DNA from: a virus
Length of the DNA: 64,000 nucleotides
Virus record (IMG/VR): IMGVR_UViG_3300044801_000187
Span: 5,952-69,951 of that record
Strand: one strand, 5' to 3'
The notes beneath the pieces are model-generated. The model was not told where the DNA came from. It worked only from the letters and a program-made list of their open reading frames with translations, and ran no database searches. Every line of letters starts with the position of its first letter. Positions within the stretch are counted from its first letter, which is position 1. The position numbers and the translations under genes were made by a program. Shown piece by piece: positions 1 through 10,022 of the stretch.

Positions 1-2
1 AG

Positions 3-1517
3 GACATCCTGAAGCGCGTCTTCGGGATGCTCAACGACAAGGTCCGCATCTACCAAATCCTGGAAGAGCGCGAGGTCCAGCGGGACGAGTTCGTGTACTG
101 CCAGGTCATGTTCCAGATCGTGTTCGGGGACAAAGGGTTCGCCGACACGCTTGGGCCGACGTGGAACATGATCCACGACCCGCGCTTCGTCGAGATCGAG
201 AACCTAATGGTCCAGAACCGTAAGGCCATCTTCGGCGGCGACGCCCGCCTCGGCAAGCAGTACATCAACGACGACGGCTCGTTCTCCTCCACCGTCTCCG
301 ACCTGGAGAAATACGCGGAGATCATGGGCGAGGGCCGCAACTTCCACAACGTCCTTGAGCACCCGGACCCGAAGTGCCAGAAGCGCCTGTGGCTGGAGCG
401 CATCTATCGGGGCTTCACCAACATCAAGCCGCACTACTCCCTCGGCTGCACCTGCACGGGCGGCGTGCCCCGCAACGTCAGGACCTTCAAGGATGCGGAC
501 GAGCACGACGTGTGGGACCTCATCCGCCAGGAGTGCCCGAACAGGGCGTTCGACCAGGGCGGCTACCCCAACGCCTACGGCAGGCTGATCTTCACCCTCA
601 TCCGCGCCGACCTGGTCGGCCTGGTCCACGACTACGCGGAGACCCCGCTCATCGACTCCTACGTCTACTTGCGGGACAACGGCGTGGTCACCTCCGCCGA
701 GGCCGTCGCGACGGTCGACCCGAACGGGCAGGACGCGCCCCGCGTGCTCCAGGAGATCGACATCCTTGAGCAGGCGCTCACGCACCGCGCCACGATGCGC
801 GTGACGGCGTACAAACTCCTCAGGAAGATCGGCTTCGAGCACGCCATCGAGAACCTCTACGGGGCCGTGGACCTGACGGACGTGGAGCGCGACGAGCTCC
901 TCAGGATCATCTACATGTCCGACTACCCGACCGAGGCGAGCGAGGTCGACTTCCGCTACAAGCTCCACCTGTGGGAGAAGGACATCAAGGAGAAGCTCCT
1001 GGCCTACGTGGCCTCCGTCGTCGGCACCCCCGTCGCGGACCGCGAGGCGGACCAGCTCGTCGCCCTGTCCGTGAACTCCCAGAGCACGGTCGAGGGGCTG
1101 CTCAAGGGCACCGTGCAGCCGATCAACTCCTACACCGAGCCGACCACCGAGATACCCGAGGGCAAGGACGAGTCCGAGGTCATGAAGTACGCCAAGATGA
1201 TGGAGGCGATCATGTCCAACGAGTTCAAGCAGGAGCTCTACCTAGTTCTGGTCGAGGCGGAGAAGCAGAACGACCACGCTGTCATCGACCTGCTCACCCC
1301 CGTGTTCCACACGCCAGACTACCCCCTGGACGAGAGGGCGTTCTACAACATCCTTGAGTCCATCCGCATCGGCAGCAGGAGCCTCCGCGCCGAGCGCCTG
1401 GACGCCATACGCGGCACCAAGCAGACTGGGCTGGCCCTGGACCCTAAGAAGGACATGAGGCAGACCGAGGGTGAGTTCCACAGCAAGGACAACCCTGGCG
1501 GCTTCTTCAGGAACTAG
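3..1517 (+). CDS. Hypothetical protein, 5'-open at the window edge
   Basis: Long ORF with high-GC3 codon usage; the frame stays open upstream of ATG 27 to the window start; no recognised motif. Confidence 0.75.
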   Translation, partial: DILKRVFGMLNDKVRIYQILEEREVQRDEFVYCQVMFQIVFGDKGFADTLGPTWNMIHDPRFVEIENLMVQNRKAIFGGDARLGKQYINDDGSFSSTVSDLEKYAEIMGEGRNFHNVLEHPDPKCQKRLWLERIYRGFTNIKPHYSLGCTCTGGVPRNVRTFKDADEHDVWDLIRQECPNRAFDQGGYPNAYGRLIFTLIRADLVGLVHDYAETPLIDSYVYLRDNGVVTSAEAVATVDPNGQDAPRVLQEIDILEQALTHRATMRVTAYKLLRKIGFEHAIENLYGAVDLTDVERDELLRIIYMSDYPTEASEVDFRYKLHLWEKDIKEKLLAYVASVVGTPVADREADQLVALSVNSQSTVEGLLKGTVQPINSYTEPTTEIPEGKDESEVMKYAKMMEAIMSNEFKQELYLVLVEAEKQNDHAVIDLLTPVFHTPDYPLDERAFYNILESIRIGSRSLRAERLDAIRGTKQTGLALDPKKDMRQTEGEFHSKDNPGGFFRN

Positions 1518-1520
1518 CGA

Positions 1521-2144
1521 ATGGCCAAGTTCACGCTCACTTTCTACACGGACGAGGACGAGGGCGGAGATCGCGGCGATAGGATCGCGAAGATCGCCTT
1601 CCAGCAGGGCATTGACGCCGACGGGCTGCACGACTTCGTGCGGAGCCACGTGGACTCCGGCTGGGTCACCTTGCAGTTCGACACCGAGGCCAACACCTGC
1701 ACGCTGGTTCCCCCGACCCAGCAGGGCGTGGACGACGACGCCGCAGCCAGGGCGTGGGCCGACGAGACCGCCGCCAAGGTCGGGGCGAACTTCAGCGTCG
1801 CCCGCGCGAAGCTGGAGTCCCGCCTGACGGAGGGCCCGAACGAGTACTACGAGGCCCACTGGAAGCTGGACTTCAGCCACAGCCCCGAGTACTGGGAGGG
1901 CGAGCTCCGCAAGTTCCTGCGGGGCAGGCCAGAGCTCCTGCGCAGCCGCAGCCTTCTGGACACCCGCGTGCACTACCTCACGCAGCGCATCTACGTCTCG
2001 GAGGACCACCTCGCCGCCAGCGCGGAGTTCAACCGCTCCGGGGTCGGCATCAACTTCGGGGGCATGCCCCTGAAGAGGGCCCACTACGAGCGGTGCCTCT
2101 GGGACTCCAACGCAACCTGGGACGCCGGGTGGGCATCTAACTAA
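1521..2144 (+). CDS. Hypothetical protein
   Basis: 207 aa ORF packed directly after the previous gene; phage-like codon usage. Confidence 0.7.
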   Translation: MAKFTLTFYTDEDEGGDRGDRIAKIAFQQGIDADGLHDFVRSHVDSGWVTLQFDTEANTCTLVPPTQQGVDDDAAARAWADETAAKVGANFSVARAKLESRLTEGPNEYYEAHWKLDFSHSPEYWEGELRKFLRGRPELLRSRSLLDTRVHYLTQRIYVSEDHLAASAEFNRSGVGINFGGMPLKRAHYERCLWDSNATWDAGWASN

Positions 2145-2146
2145 TC

Positions 2147-2563
2147 ATGACTACGGCATTCATCCATAGGAGCCTCGTGGAACTCAGGAGCATCCCCATG
2201 GATGAGTGCCCTTGCATGATCCCTGACGAGAACGACAACTGCCTCGACTGCGGGAAGCATATCGAGGGCCTGCCTGACGTCCCCGAGCCCCACCTGGGGG
2301 ACATCGTCGGCATCGCCAAGCTGATGGACGCGACGGCCAAGACCTTCGCCCAGCTCGTGCGCGAGAACACCGACCCCAAGAACCCCTCCCTCCCCCGCCT
2401 CCGCCTCGTCGGCGGCCAGATGATGCGCCTCCCCCACAAGATGCTGTTCAAGGACCTGCTCGGCCCGTCCTACGTCGCCGCCAAGTCCCTCGGTTACCGT
2501 GGCACGTTTGAGCGTTGGGGTGAGATGGTGCAGGAAGCCGTCCCCGCTACCGCCTCCCTCTGA
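2147..2563 (+). CDS. Hypothetical protein with Cys cluster
   Basis: 138 aa ORF with CPC...CLDC; adjacent to the previous gene. Confidence 0.6.
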   Translation: MTTAFIHRSLVELRSIPMDECPCMIPDENDNCLDCGKHIEGLPDVPEPHLGDIVGIAKLMDATAKTFAQLVRENTDPKNPSLPRLRLVGGQMMRLPHKMLFKDLLGPSYVAAKSLGYRGTFERWGEMVQEAVPATASL

Positions 2564-2582
2564 TCTCCGATACAATTCCCTC

Positions 2583-2888
2583 ATGCTCACCAGACGCGAC
2601 GCGAGCTGGACGCAAGGCACGCACATCACATTCCGCAACCTCGGCAAGATGAACGGCAGCCGGGGCTACCAGAGGAAGACGAACATCTACGAAGTGCTGG
2701 AGAAGGGCGGTGGTGTCTCCGCCCTGTGGCGCAAGTTCAAGGCGAACAAGCTCGACAGGGAGATGACTAGGGCAATGGCCATAGACATCATCCAGGACGC
2801 GGGACTGAGCGTGCTTGAGCTCGCGGCGATCGTGAAGGAGACCAAAGGCGCGTGCCCGCTCATAGACAACCTGGGGGTGGACGCATGA
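2583..2888 (+). CDS. Hypothetical protein, possibly a deletion chimera
   Basis: ATG 2583; stop overlaps the next start. Confidence 0.45.
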   Translation: MLTRRDASWTQGTHITFRNLGKMNGSRGYQRKTNIYEVLEKGGGVSALWRKFKANKLDREMTRAMAIDIIQDAGLSVLELAAIVKETKGACPLIDNLGVDA

Positions 2889-3574
2889 GGTACTTCGACT
2901 CGATACTGTTCTGCGGGGCCGGGCAGTTCAGCGAGGCGGACTGCGCCCTGCTGAGGAAGCAGCTGGACGAGGGGCTGTCTATCCTGAGCGGCATACAGCA
3001 AGGCGGGGACCAGATCGACGAGCAGGGCCTAGACTCCCGCGAGGAGGTGGTGCGCGACGTCGCGGCCGCGCTCCTCGGGAAGACGGTCATCATCGGCGAC
3101 GACCTGCCGTACCCAGGCGAGCTGGACGGCCCGAGGGCGGCGGGCACCGGGCGGCGCATCCGCGAGGTCCACGAGAGGTGGCGCGAGGCGCACGCCCTCG
3201 TGATGCGGAGGTGCGGGCTGCCCTGCAAGCTCAGGATCACGCCGGACGTGAAGATCGGGCGGCACAAGACGGAGGGCGGCAAGTGCTGGATCGAGGTCAA
3301 CGACTCACTGGACTTCGACACGCCGGAGCACCTGATCCTGCACGAGGCGGCGCACCACGCCGCCATGGACAAGGACATGTGCTTCGACAGCGCGGAGTCG
3401 TACGACTGTGTGTTCGGCCACTGCAAGCACTGGGCCGAGACCCTGTGCGACCTGTACGCGCAGGCGGGCGTAGAGCTGCCGGAGGGCACCAAGTTCGATG
3501 CGTTCGCCAAGGCGGCGGGCATCCTGCACCGCGAGTACACCCTGCTGGAGGAGAGGGAAGATGCAAGACAATGA
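2885..3574 (+). CDS. HExxH zincin/SprT-like putative metallopeptidase
   Basis: LILHEAAHH followed by FGHCKHW. Confidence 0.55.
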   Translation: MRYFDSILFCGAGQFSEADCALLRKQLDEGLSILSGIQQGGDQIDEQGLDSREEVVRDVAAALLGKTVIIGDDLPYPGELDGPRAAGTGRRIREVHERWREAHALVMRRCGLPCKLRITPDVKIGRHKTEGGKCWIEVNDSLDFDTPEHLILHEAAHHAAMDKDMCFDSAESYDCVFGHCKHWAETLCDLYAQAGVELPEGTKFDAFAKAAGILHREYTLLEEREDARQ

Positions 3575-3833
3575 CGAAGTGATGGAGCCACGCACGTTCG
3601 GCGGCCCGACCCTGATAGGCTGGGACGCGCTGAGAGAGTGCCTCCGCGACAAAGAACTGCGCGAGGGGAAGTTCCTGGAGTGCCTAGTTAACAGGATGAG
3701 GAAGCGCCAGCGCGTGGACATCCCGAAGGTGTCCCAGGCCGTCGCCAGGGAGCTCGGCGGGCAGTACGGGAAGTGGGCGTCCGACATCATGAGGAAGGGC
3801 GCGGCCATGACGAGCATAGAGGTGATCGGCTGA
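3561..3833 (+). CDS. Hypothetical protein
   Basis: RBS GAGGGA before ATG 3561; coupled to neighbours. Confidence 0.55.
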   Translation: MQDNDEVMEPRTFGGPTLIGWDALRECLRDKELREGKFLECLVNRMRKRQRVDIPKVSQAVARELGGQYGKWASDIMRKGAAMTSIEVIG

Positions 3834-4015
3834 TGGGTGAGATGCCCAACGCGTGGCAGTGCGACTACTGCCGCGAGCTCATGGTGCCAGTCGAGGTGAA
3901 GGACGCGCGATGGCACACGAAGTGGTGCTCCAAGTGCGGGGCGAAGCTCTACGACGTTTTCGTCGGCGGTGGCCAAGTCCATACCAGCCAGATATTTGAG
4001 GACGGCGAGATTTAG
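3833..4015 (+). CDS. Small Zn-ribbon protein
   Basis: CDYC...CSKC; TGATG overlap with the previous gene. Confidence 0.55.
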   Translation: MGEMPNAWQCDYCRELMVPVEVKDARWHTKWCSKCGAKLYDVFVGGGQVHTSQIFEDGEI

Positions 4016-4046
4016 CCGGACGTTTCCGCCCGACCCGTGGTATAAT
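4016..4046 (+). promoter_or_regulatory. Putative promoter CCGGAC-N19-TATAAT
   Basis: Same architecture recurs at 7967, 11994 and 55342; lies just upstream of the rIIA RBS. Confidence 0.65.
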
Positions 4047-4069
4047 GCAAGCGGGAAGAGGGAAACGGA

Positions 4070-6439
4070 ATGAGACTAGGAACAGCGGGCACGCCCACCG
4101 TCTCCACGGGCGTCCAAGAAGAGTCCGACTTCGCGTTCGCTAACAACGCCGTCGCGTTCGACGCGTTCTCCAGCAAGCTCTACACGGACAAGCCGCGAGC
4201 CATCATCCGCGAGCTGTCCTGCAACGCCTTCGACGCGCACGTCGCGGCGGGGCACCCCGACAAGCCCTTCGAAATCCACCTCCCGACGCCGCACGAGCCC
4301 TGGTTCGCAATCAACGACTACGGCACGGGCCTGAGCCACGAGGACATGAAGGCGCTGTTCTCCCTGTACTTCGGCTCCAACAAGCGCGACTCCGACAAGT
4401 TCATCGGGGCCCTCGGCCTCGGCTCCAAGTCCCCGTTCTGCTACGACGGCAACGGCGGCAGCTTCAGCGTCGTGAGCCGCCACGAGGGGATCACCCGCTG
4501 CTACGTCGCCTCCAAGACCAACGGGCGGCCCAAGCTTGAGCGGATGGGCGACGAGATGCAGACGCCCGCCGCGCCGAACGGCATAGAGATCAAGTTCGCG
4601 GTGGACACCAAGGACATCTGGGAGTTCGAGAACAAGGCGAAGCTCGTGTTCGAGTTCTTCGACCCGCTCCCGGCCATCAACCTTGAGAAGTTCGAGGTCG
4701 CCAGGCAGAAGTACGTCCTGAAGGCCGACAAATGGGGGCTGCGCCAGGAGCCGAGGACCACGTGGGGCAGCGGCGTCCGCGCCATCATGGGCAAGGTGCA
4801 GTACAGCGTCGGCGACATAGACATCAGCCGCGCGAGCCACACCCAGCAGCGCATCCTCCAGATGCCCATCGACCTGTTCTTCGAGATCGGGGACCTGGAC
4901 TTCTCCATCAGCCGCGAGGCGCTTGAGATGAAGCCGCGCACGGTGAACGCCATCCTCTCCGCCGTGGACGGCGTCTACGAGGAGTTCCTCAAGACCGTCA
5001 AGGAGAAGATCGAGGCGTGCGAGCACGTCTGGGAGGCGCGGATCATGCTGTACAGCCTCATCAACCAGGCGACGGGCCTCGGCAGCCTCATCAACGACGC
5101 CGTGAACTCCGGCAAGCTCTTCGGCAAGTACAAGAACTTCACCTACACGGAGCGCATGCCCCAGGTGAACGAGTCGCTGTACGACCACGCGACGGTCACC
5201 CGCTTCAGCCGCAACGGGCGCTCCAGCGCCAGGTCCAACAAGGCCAAGGTGATCGGCATCGGGCAGAACATGTCCGCCGACCAGGTGCGCGACTGCCGCG
5301 ACCGCGCGAAGAGGGACCAGAGCCTCTCCGCCCCGTGGAAGTTCAGCATCGACGTGCAGCCCGACGTCCACTTCGTCATCAACGACGCGAAGGTCCCGGG
5401 CGACAAGTACGTCCACTACTACATCCAGAACGCCAGCGACAACGGCGGCGTGAAGACCGTCTACCTGATCCACCGCCGCGAGAAAGAAAGCAAGCCCGAC
5501 CAGGTGGTCGCGGACGGCAAGAAGATGCTCGCCAGCATCGGCCAGCCGCCCTTCCTGCTCATGTCCGAGCTCCAGAAGCGGTACGGCGTCCACGTCGACC
5601 CGGCGGCGGGCGAGGCCCCGAAGCGCGAGCGCAGGGAGATCGTCACCCTGACGGACCCTGGCAGCCGCTACCGCTACACGACGGTCGGCTGGACCAAGAC
5701 CTGGCAGAAGGCGGGGGAGCCGCTGCCGCAGGGCAAGAAGTTCTACGTCGCCATCGACAAGCTCGTCGCGGCGGACACCAAGTTCGGCGACGCGTGGGAG
5801 TTCCACTCCTTCGTGGAGCTCGTGCGCTCCAGCGGCAAGTTCGGCCTAGACCACTCCACGCCAGTGTACGGCCTGAAGCGCGGGTCGAAGCAGATCAAGA
5901 ACAACGACGGGGAGTGGGTGGAGCTGATGACCCACGTGTTCGGGCGCATCAAGCGCATCATGACGCCCCAGAAGACGGCGCAGCTCAGCCTGTACCTCAA
6001 GCCGTTCGACGAGAGCATGTACCACGACCTGCTCAAGCACGTCGCGGCGGAGCAGCCGCTCTCGGCCGACAGCCCCGTGCAGTCCTTCGCCCTGGCCCTG
6101 GCCGAGGCGGACGCGCACGACGGGAAGAACTGGACGTCTTTCAGGAAGCTGCTCGACCTGGCCCAGGCGCGGGGCAAATACACGCCCGGCCAGCCGACGG
6201 ACTTCAACAAGCAGTGGCGTGCCGTGAAGGAGTTCTACCCGCTCCTCCAGGCGATCGCCGGGTACACCAAGGGCTTCAACACGGCCTCCGTTAGGGAGCC
6301 CGTGCTAGAATACATTAGGATGTGGGACGAGAAGATGGCGGACGAGGCGGCCGCGAAAGCGGCTGCGCTACAGGCGCAGCAGCAACAGCTCGCCCTCGCC
6401 GCTACTGCCTCAGGAGGGGACAATGCCGCAAGCAATTAA
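4070..6439 (+). CDS. rIIA: rIIA-like protein (N-terminal GHKL/Hsp90-type ATPase)
   Basis: LYTDKPRAIIRELSCNAFDAH, DYGTGLS and IGALGLGSKSPF motifs; followed by an rIIB-like gene. Confidence 0.88.
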   Translation: MRLGTAGTPTVSTGVQEESDFAFANNAVAFDAFSSKLYTDKPRAIIRELSCNAFDAHVAAGHPDKPFEIHLPTPHEPWFAINDYGTGLSHEDMKALFSLYFGSNKRDSDKFIGALGLGSKSPFCYDGNGGSFSVVSRHEGITRCYVASKTNGRPKLERMGDEMQTPAAPNGIEIKFAVDTKDIWEFENKAKLVFEFFDPLPAINLEKFEVARQKYVLKADKWGLRQEPRTTWGSGVRAIMGKVQYSVGDIDISRASHTQQRILQMPIDLFFEIGDLDFSISREALEMKPRTVNAILSAVDGVYEEFLKTVKEKIEACEHVWEARIMLYSLINQATGLGSLINDAVNSGKLFGKYKNFTYTERMPQVNESLYDHATVTRFSRNGRSSARSNKAKVIGIGQNMSADQVRDCRDRAKRDQSLSAPWKFSIDVQPDVHFVINDAKVPGDKYVHYYIQNASDNGGVKTVYLIHRREKESKPDQVVADGKKMLASIGQPPFLLMSELQKRYGVHVDPAAGEAPKRERREIVTLTDPGSRYRYTTVGWTKTWQKAGEPLPQGKKFYVAIDKLVAADTKFGDAWEFHSFVELVRSSGKFGLDHSTPVYGLKRGSKQIKNNDGEWVELMTHVFGRIKRIMTPQKTAQLSLYLKPFDESMYHDLLKHVAAEQPLSADSPVQSFALALAEADAHDGKNWTSFRKLLDLAQARGKYTPGQPTDFNKQWRAVKEFYPLLQAIAGYTKGFNTASVREPVLEYIRMWDEKMADEAAAKAAALQAQQQQLALAATASGGDNAASN

Positions 6440-7811
6440 CTATTCTCTGAAGGAAGGCGAAAGCGTCACCGTCATTCTGCTGAACAAGCAGACGGGGCTC
6501 CCCGAGTTTCACCCGCTGCACGCCACGCACCCGACGTTCAAGCCGCTCGTGCGGGCGCTCAAGCGCAAGGAGTGGGCCCGCGTGCCGAAGCTCGTCTCGA
6601 CCGCCGCGCTGATCGCGGACAAGTCGCAGGGCAGCGTCGAGGTCAAGAAGGGCGGCGTGTTCTACAAGGGCACGCTCGTGGACAACTCCCTGACCACGCG
6701 CATCCTCCAGATCATCAAGGAGGGCAAGCCCGTCTCCGCGATGCTCAAGTTCATGGACAACCTGTACCAGAACCCGGAGAGCTTCGCCATCGGCGAACTC
6801 TACGACTGGCTCAACGGCTGCAAGCTGCCGATCACCGACCGTGGCACGTTCATGGCGTACAAGCGCGTGAACACGTCCTACAAGGACTGCTACACGAACA
6901 CCATCGACAACAGCGTCGGCCAGATCGTGTTCATGAAGCGCGAGGACGTGTGCAAGGACCGCACGCAGACCTGCTCCCAAGGGCTGCACTTCTGCTCCAT
7001 CGCGTACCTGCCGAACTACCCCGGCGACAAGATCATGATGGTGGAGATCAACCCCAAGGACGTCGTGAGCATCCCGAACGACTACGACTACTCCAAGGGC
7101 CGGACCTGGCAGTACGAGGTCGTCGCCGAGGTGCCGGAGAACCAGCTCACGCGCCTGGTGAACCAGAAGATCGACATCAAGGAGTACCAGACCTCCGTGT
7201 TCAGCGTGGCGAAGGACCGCCGCAAGCTGCTCGCGGACATCCTGGCCCTGCCCGCCATCAAGAGCATGGTGCGGCACCAGCGCAAGCTGAAGGCCAAGAA
7301 GGTGAAGCGCGGGCGCAAGGCGAAGACCGAGAAGTTCATCCTGTCCGAGCGCAGCATCAAGAAGATGACCATCGGACGCCTGACGGCGCTCTACAAGAAG
7401 TTCGCGCCGACCGAGCCGCCCAAGCCGTCGTCCCTGACCGAGAACCGCCTGTACGACATTCGCGTGTCCTACGGCTTCTCGCGGGGCCAGGTCGCGGCGA
7501 AGATGGGGTGCTCCTACCGCAGCGTGGCGAACTACGAGAACGCGAAGTTCGTCCCGCAGGACACGGTGGACTCCTACCTGGACGCCCTCATCCGCCTCGC
7601 GCGGCTGGGGCCGACCGAGAAGACGGGCATCTCGTTCCCGAAGAAGACGGTCCAGAAGTCCAAGGCCGCCGCTGCCGCCGCCTACGCGCAGTACGACCCG
7701 CAGTCCGCCTCCAACTCCGTGGAGGACGACTCCGTGGAGGACGACTCCGTGGAGGACGGCGACGAGTTCGGGTACGAGGTGGAAGACGACGAGGTGGAAG
7801 TCGAGGACTAG
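6423..7811 (+). CDS. rIIB: rIIB-like protein with C-terminal XRE-type HTH and acidic tail
   Basis: LPITDRGTFMAYKRV, CSQGLHFCS and INPKDVVSIPNDY motifs; overlaps the rIIA stop. Confidence 0.88.
   Translation: MPQAINYSLKEGESVTVILLNKQTGLPEFHPLHATHPTFKPLVRALKRKEWARVPKLVSTAALIADKSQGSVEVKKGGVFYKGTLVDNSLTTRILQIIKEGKPVSAMLKFMDNLYQNPESFAIGELYDWLNGCKLPITDRGTFMAYKRVNTSYKDCYTNTIDNSVGQIVFMKREDVCKDRTQTCSQGLHFCSIAYLPNYPGDKIMMVEINPKDVVSIPNDYDYSKGRTWQYEVVAEVPENQLTRLVNQKIDIKEYQTSVFSVAKDRRKLLADILALPAIKSMVRHQRKLKAKKVKRGRKAKTEKFILSERSIKKMTIGRLTALYKKFAPTEPPKPSSLTENRLYDIRVSYGFSRGQVAAKMGCSYRSVANYENAKFVPQDTVDSYLDALIRLARLGPTEKTGISFPKKTVQKSKAAAAAAYAQYDPQSASNSVEDDSVEDDSVEDGDEFGYEVEDDEVEVED
7713..7757 (+). repeat. 15-bp tandem repeat x3 encoding (N/D)SVED
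   Basis: aactccgtggaggac gactccgtggaggac gactccgtggaggac. Confidence 0.85.
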
Positions 7812-7860
7812 GACTTCCCCACAAGATAGGGGCACCCCTCTTCCCGAGGAACGCCCCTTA

Positions 7861-7932
7861 AACCGGGCACCGGGCACCCCTCACCGTCAAGTCTCTCTAA
7901 ACTTCGAACGGCGGGTGCCCGGTTTCCTTTTT
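7861..7932 (+). terminator. Inverted repeat or possible terminator after rIIB
   Basis: AAACCGGGCACC...GGTGCCCGGTTT followed by a T-rich tract; contains a tandem CGGGCAC duplication. Confidence 0.45.
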
Positions 7933-7966
7933 GCCCCGCAAACGGCTGATTCCAGGGGGAATAAAG

Positions 7967-7997
7967 CCGGCCATTTCCCCCGCGCAAGGCGTATACT
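7967..7997 (+). promoter_or_regulatory. Putative promoter CCGGCC-N19-TATACT
   Basis: Upstream of the Ku RBS GGAGG; recurring motif. Confidence 0.65.
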
Positions 7998-8017
7998 GTG
8001 TCAGGAGGGAACATCAA

Positions 8018-8920
8018 ATGGCGAAGAAATCAGCAGCAGACGTGGCCGCCGACCTGAAGAGCAAGATCGACGAAGCCAACAGCACCCCGGAAATCCTACG
8101 CACCCCCGAAAAGAAGAACGCCTCGAAATCCGTGTGGAAGGGCTACATCAGCGCCTTCGGCGTGATGCTCATCCCCGCAGCCGCCTACAAGGCGACGGAC
8201 GAGGACAAGATCGAGCGTCACATGTACCACTCCGCCGAGTGCCTGAACTCGCTCCAGCAGGGCAAGATGAACTGCGCTGGCTGCGGCGCGACGGGCGTCG
8301 ACAAGTCCGCCGCCGTGAAGGGCGTCGAGATCAACGGCAAGATCGTGCTCCTGTCGGACGAGGAGATGGAGTCTCAGAAGCCCGCCTCCGACAAGGTCCT
8401 CAAGGTCACGGAGTTCGTCCCCGTTGACGCGGTGGACCCGACCTACTACGCCTCCAGCGAGTACCTCGCTGCGGGAGAGGGCGGCGAGAAGGCGTTCGCA
8501 ACCTTCCAACAGGCGCTCGCCAGCAAGAACCGCGTGGCGATCGGCACCTTCGTGAGCAAGGGGCACCAGTTCACGGTCGCCATCCGCGCGAAGGGTCAGT
8601 ACGGGCTGGTCATGTCCTACCTGTACGCGGAGCACGAGGTCCGCAACTGCGGCAAATGGAAATCCGTGCAGACCAACCCCGAAGAGGTCGCCCTGTGCGA
8701 GCAACTGATGACGGAGACCGAGTACGCGAAGGAAGTTTTCACAGCCGCCGCGTACGACCCGTTCATCGCAAAGACGCGCAAGATGATCGCGGACAAGGCC
8801 AACGGCATCGCGGCTGCGGAGCCGACGAAGTGCGAAGAGCCGAAGCAGGGCACCGACGACCTGCTCAGCTCGCTCAAGACGATGCTGAACCAGCAGAAGG
8901 CGAAGGCCGCGAAGGCGTAA
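8018..8920 (+). CDS. ku: Ku DNA end-binding protein
   Basis: SVWKGYISAFG...YKAT, VKGVEI..KIVLLSDEE, EFVPVDAVDPTYY...YL and DDLLSSLK match prokaryotic Ku; RBS GGAGG. Confidence 0.85.
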   Translation: MAKKSAADVAADLKSKIDEANSTPEILRTPEKKNASKSVWKGYISAFGVMLIPAAAYKATDEDKIERHMYHSAECLNSLQQGKMNCAGCGATGVDKSAAVKGVEINGKIVLLSDEEMESQKPASDKVLKVTEFVPVDAVDPTYYASSEYLAAGEGGEKAFATFQQALASKNRVAIGTFVSKGHQFTVAIRAKGQYGLVMSYLYAEHEVRNCGKWKSVQTNPEEVALCEQLMTETEYAKEVFTAAAYDPFIAKTRKMIADKANGIAAAEPTKCEEPKQGTDDLLSSLKTMLNQQKAKAAKA

Positions 8921-8929
8921 GACGTTGCA

Positions 8930-9058
8930 GGTGCGGCAAGGGCGGGGTGTAAAGCGGCTCAGACGTGAGCAACGACGAAGCCCCGCCGTCGCACCAGTTC
9001 CGTAGCGGCTCCGCCGAGAGCAACATGTTCACCTCCACTCGGCCCGAGCCGCTACGAA
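8930..9058 (+). ncRNA. Candidate structured RNA: two long imperfect hairpins
   Basis: Pairings GGTGCGGC/GTCGCACC, GGCGGGG/CCCCGCC and GCTC/GAGC; then GTAGCGGCTC/GAGCCGCTAC and GCCGAG/CTCGGC. Confidence 0.4.
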
Positions 9059-9077
9059 ACAGAGAGGAGACGGCACC

Positions 9078-9221
9078 TTGAAGACGGCGATGATCATTCT
9101 CGTATTGGCTGCGGTTCCCGCCCTGGCGCAGGAGCCGTCCGCCCCGATCAAGTCCGCTGAGACGGTGACCGTGGCCGCTTCCCACCCGTGCACGAGCGAG
9201 TGGAGGGAACGCTATGAGTGA
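9078..9221 (+). CDS. Small secreted peptide (47 aa)
   Basis: RBS GAGGAG with TTG start; MKTAMIILVLAAVPALA|QE is signal-peptide-like; below the ORF-track cutoff. Confidence 0.45.
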   Translation: MKTAMIILVLAAVPALAQEPSAPIKSAETVTVAASHPCTSEWRERYE

Positions 9222-9321
9222 CAAATTAGTCCTGCGAATTCCGGCTGAATCGAAAACCCTTCCCGACAACGACCAGTGGACGAATCGCTTCCAGATCAAC
9301 CGCAACCGACTCTACTCTTAG
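9214..9321 (+). pseudogene. Short, probably truncated phage gene (MSDKLVLRIP...RFQINRNRLYS)
   Basis: Strong RBS GGAGG but only 35 codons. Confidence 0.35.
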
Positions 9322-9331
9322 GAGAGAATTG

Positions 9332-9751
9332 ATGCCGCGCAAAGCCAAGTCGAATTTCGGCGGCAAGCCAGGATACTTCGAGAAGTTGGCGATGGGCACG
9401 TCCCACCCGACCTACGACCCGAAGGTGGAAGGCTACGGCTCCGAGTCGGAATGGCAGAGCATCTTCAACGTCGTGATGGGCTTCGAGGAGGCGTCCAACG
9501 TCCGCAGGAACAGCAAGCGCGGACAGACCGACTGGCAGGTCATCGCGGAGATCAGCGGCGTGCATGTGGACGAGAGCAGCGTGTGGAGCGAGATCAAGAG
9601 CGCGTTCCGCAAGGCGTCCATGAACTCGCACCCCGACCGCGTGACGCAGACGGGCATGGACCCCGCCGTCGCGGAGGAGACGTTCAAGGAAGTCACCGCC
9701 GCGTTCGTCATGCTTGAGGACATCTATCGTTCGAAGGGACGGATTGAGTAG
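9332..9751 (+). CDS. J-domain (DnaJ-like) protein
   Basis: IKSAFRKASMNSHPDR...AEETFKEVTAAFVML carries the HPD motif. Confidence 0.8.
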   Translation: MPRKAKSNFGGKPGYFEKLAMGTSHPTYDPKVEGYGSESEWQSIFNVVMGFEEASNVRRNSKRGQTDWQVIAEISGVHVDESSVWSEIKSAFRKASMNSHPDRVTQTGMDPAVAEETFKEVTAAFVMLEDIYRSKGRIE

Positions 9752-10022
9752 ATGAAACGGGCGCATCCAAAGACAAAGGCGGAGCGATCAGCGGAGAACA
9801 AGGCATTCCGCGACACGCATCCTGACTATTTTTACGCCTATTCGCGGACGCCCAAGGCACGCTATGCCAGCATCAGAAAGAGCGCACGGCAGCGCGGAAT
9901 CACTTTTGACTTAACGCTTGAACAGTTCGAGGCTATTACGGCTCGATGGTGTGTGTATTCAATACAGATTGAGTCTGGCATCCGGACAGGGGCGGACCGA
10001 AAAGACAACACACGCGGCTACA
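9752..10022 (+). pseudogene. Truncated homing endonuclease fused by deletion to the remnant of another gene
   Basis: Lower-GC ARQRGITFDLT..DRKDNTRGY motif stops before the C-terminal CxxC; coding then switches to frame AAKLHQALAR...EGPF* (ends 10214). Confidence 0.6.
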
